From the NCBI GenBank assembly GCA_002633005.1, contig NMRA01000055.1:1003285-1067284 (forward strand): DNA of 64,000 nt. The letters run 5' to 3'. Below are positions 61,175 through 64,000 of this stretch, in pieces. Every line of letters starts with the position of its first letter. Position 1 is the stretch's first letter. Origin of the DNA: Phoronis australis (taxonomy: Eukaryota; Animalia; Phoronida). The position numbers were made by a program, and so were the translations under genes. The notes under the pieces are model-generated. The model saw only the letters and a program-made list of their open reading frames with translations, ran no database searches and was not told the DNA's origin.

Positions 61175-61793
61175 TTATACCACAATATTAGAGTCAAATG
61201 GCAGATACAACCGTGTAATAACCCATAAAGTTATCTCACTAGTGAGATAACGATTTGGCGGGAAACCGAGGGCGGAGTCGAACCCGGGACCCCGGAATTT
61301 GCTGGTCGCCGAATTTACCACTACACCATGCAGCGACTGACGTCATCAAGAGTAAAAATAGAATACTTAAATGAGCACGCGCAATGATCGCACGTTCAAC
61401 AAACCGCATTGTACTGTACTTGTACGCTACGAAAAATAAGACACATAATTTCCATAAAAATGATATCTTAATTCAGTGAAATTTTTCTCTCATGTCCTCT
61501 TACTTGTAAATCACCGATCTCCAGTTTGAATGCGGGTATCGTGTCGTCAGGATCTTTGACTTGAGAATTATATTCAGTTACCAGTGGTAACCTACTTTAG
61601 CAGACGATAATTTCCCGGTCGAAGCTTAGCGTGAAAAAACGTGTTTTAAGCTATAATAGTTGGTAAACCATAATTTATAAATTCAATTTATTTCTATTTT
61701 ATTTAAGTTTTCAATTGGTTTTGAGTAAAAGCATCAATCCACTCGGGCTCTAGATAACGGGGGATAACGACTTCGCCATGTAATAATCTATAT
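61175..61793. mobile_element. ~620-bp insertion specific to copy B with an internal tRNA-like segment
   Basis: Absent from copy A at ~20535. The minus strand of 61265-61334 has an A-box TGGTGTAGTGG and a B-box GGTTCGACTCC. Confidence 0.7.
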
Positions 61794-62664
61794 GTACGTA
61801 CTTACTCAATTATCTGATCGTTTTCTGTTTCACGTATTTCATTACTTGCTTTCCAGCTTAAATGTTCAGATGCTAAGTTAGAAATACACGATGAGCAGGT
61901 ATTTTGGTTGTTAATTTCACTTGTAATTGAAAAATATTTGCGACGATGTCTCGGTGTAGCTCTTGGACGTTGTGTAGGCGATGCATCGTCTGAGGATGCC
62001 GCAAGCATACAGGCCATGGTCCTGCTTAACCAACTTACTATTTGATTGATAAAATGAAGTATATCAAACAATATTTATGGAAACAGTTACCGGTGAAAAA
62101 TAGATTGGACATAAATACAATGTCAAACCTGCAATTATATCCGTTTCAATTTTTTCGGCTCTATGTCATTTTTTTTTATATCCACTCCTTTAGGGTTTAT
62201 TTTTCATTACTCATTTATATTTTACTCTGCAACATATCTCGTCGCATAAACCATGCAGAATAGATTCCTTTAAATCAAATTTAACCCGATAGGTTTATTG
62301 ACGTGATGTTGATCCATGTAATTTCTACTTTTATATCAACCCATTAGTTTATTTTACATTACTCATGCCTGTTTTTATCAACCACGCGCTACTTACGCAT
62401 ACACATAAATATGCATATGCCGATACATATGTATATGCATATGCATGTATATATATTCAGTTTAAGTCTGCTTTCGAACCTCATTTATTTGAAAAAAGCT
62501 CATTTCAAATGAGAAGGTGTTCTTTATTGTTGTTCTGTTTACTCTGGGTATGTACACACATTAGGCATTTTTCCGTCCCCTCTGTCTGACAAGGAAAGTT
62601 CAAAATGTCAAAGCGGACCCGACGTCGTCAGCCGGCTCGATCATCAAACATTCCCAAAATAGCT

Positions 62665-64000
62665 TTTATCGTAATCTATTTTGCCCGGGGTACGCCACGA
62701 GCTATGTTGCAGAGTAAAACAAGAGGAGGATTGCGAATATTGTCATTTATTATGACGTGAATAGATAAAACTAACTAAGACTCTGCAAGATGGGCATGGA
62801 CAAAACGCCCACCGCCGTGTACAATGAATAGCCCTGAAAGAGGGAACAAAACAAAAGAACTGCCTGAAGGGCTTAAAGGAAAAGTACAGAACATGAACAC
62901 AAAACTTGAAAAAACCTAACAGGAAATGTGTATGAGCAAAGAGAAAGTGGAACCGACACCCGGGATGGGGGGTGGGAAAAAAATGAAGAGAACGAACGTA
63001 GGTCTTGTAGACGACGAGGTAGGTGGCTGAATGAGAGACCACGTTGAACACAACAAAGGAAATGTGGGCGACCAATCAGGAGTCGCGTAGAGAAACGTAT
63101 GAATACAAAAGTAGGCCCTTGAGGCTATAAATAGAGATGAGTAATGCAAAATAAACCCTAAGGACTGGTATCAAAATAAAGAGACAAGTGTCAAAATAAT
63201 GACGATAAATGCATTTAACAAGTTAAATTTAATTTATCGTAATCTATTTTGCCCGGGGTACGCCACAAGCTATGTTTGCAGAATAAAAGAAGAGGACGAT
63301 TGCGAATATTGTCATTTATTATGACGTGAATAGATAAAACTAACCAAGACTCTGCAAGATGGGCATGGACAAAACGCCATAATGGCAGCACGGGAATGCT
63401 GACATCGCCCATCCGAGGAAGCGGAACCCGGGCAATAACAAGGTTAAGACTATGATAAAATGTAGGTACTAACAACGGGATAACAGCAAATTAGAATACA
63501 TAAGTCTAGAATATAAAAAACAAGAACATAATGAAATGGAAGTAAAGTTAACTAGAACTAATGACTAGAAATTGAAGCCTGCAACTAAAGGCCTTGGGCC
63601 ACAGGCTGCAACAACAGACCTGCGAACCGGAGGAGGCCGGCTGCAACAACAGACCTGACCTAGTGGGCTGAAACCACAGACCCGGAGGAGTGGGAGGGGC
63701 TGAGAAGCAAAGTGAGAGAAGTGGGGAGCTGCAACAACAGGCTCACCAGGAGTTCAAGAAGCCTGGGGAAGAGGAAAAGCAGACATGCGAATGTAGTTTT
63801 TTTAGTGCGTCAGATTTCCAGCGCCCCATGCGCTGGATCACCGGTTCAGGGACGCCACGGCTGGCCGCAGAGGTGGCGGCGCCAATGCGAAAGCTATGGG
63901 ACGTATAAGACTTGGTGTCGAGTCCTACAAAGGAAACCACTTTAGTTAACATGGAGTTGAAGCAGGAACGGGTAACCGGTGATCCACTGAGGTGTTGGAA
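62665..64000 (-). mobile_element. 3' end of a tyrosine-recombinase retrotransposon (DIRS order, Ngaro/PAT-like) with split direct repeats
   Basis: Minus ORF 63743-63952 reads YTSHSFRIGAATSAASRG..IQRMGRWKSDA (YR catalytic HxxR box and GRW motif). There are ~145-bp direct repeats at 62665-62809 and 63233-63378. Confidence 0.85.

Larger units (their letters stand above)
50092..62574 (+). repeat. Segmental duplication copy B (~12.5 kb)
   Basis: Direct repeat of 8524-21319, offset by ~41.5 kb. Confidence 0.92.

Noticed and set aside
1-64000. CRISPR arrays, rRNA, operons or prokaryotic defence systems
   Set aside because: No regularly spaced repeat-spacer array or rRNA-like sequence was seen. Spliceosomal introns and metazoan TEs show this is animal nuclear DNA. 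Most short ORFs in the track are chance frames or N-gap artefacts.

Overview
AT-rich, intron-containing, repeat-rich animal DNA, probably a marine invertebrate draft assembly (four N-gaps and several single-N joins). The species cannot be fixed from sequence alone. From left to right the window holds: (1) the last coding exon of SCP2, ending in a peroxisomal -SKL signal; (2) a complete 6-exon secreted chymotrypsin/elastase-type S1A protease (9855-18488); (3) a 3-exon gene (27700-31438, ~495 aa) fusing an N-terminal CARD to a stonustoxin/neoverrucotoxin-type MACPF/CDC-like domain and a helical bundle, with no signal peptide and DxxD motifs in the linker, which is the most interesting item and a candidate death-fold-recruited intracellular pore-former; (4) a TRIM-NHL E3 ligase with an intronless CDS (47743-49713) whose stop codon comes from a MITE remnant; (5) a second copy of the ~12.5 kb protease block (50092-62574) in which a 106-bp microhomology-flanked deletion removed the catalytic GDSGGP. 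The two protease blocks flank the CARD and TRIM genes as direct repeats. Also present are two Penelope-like retroelement families with hammerhead-like motifs, a DIRS/Ngaro-type tyrosine-recombinase element with split direct repeats, THAP-type and other DNA-transposon relics, a P2X7-ballast-like fragment, MITEs, tRNA-derived repeats and a LINE fragment. All gene models and domain calls were read by eye from splice signals, frame continuity and motif recall; no database search was run.
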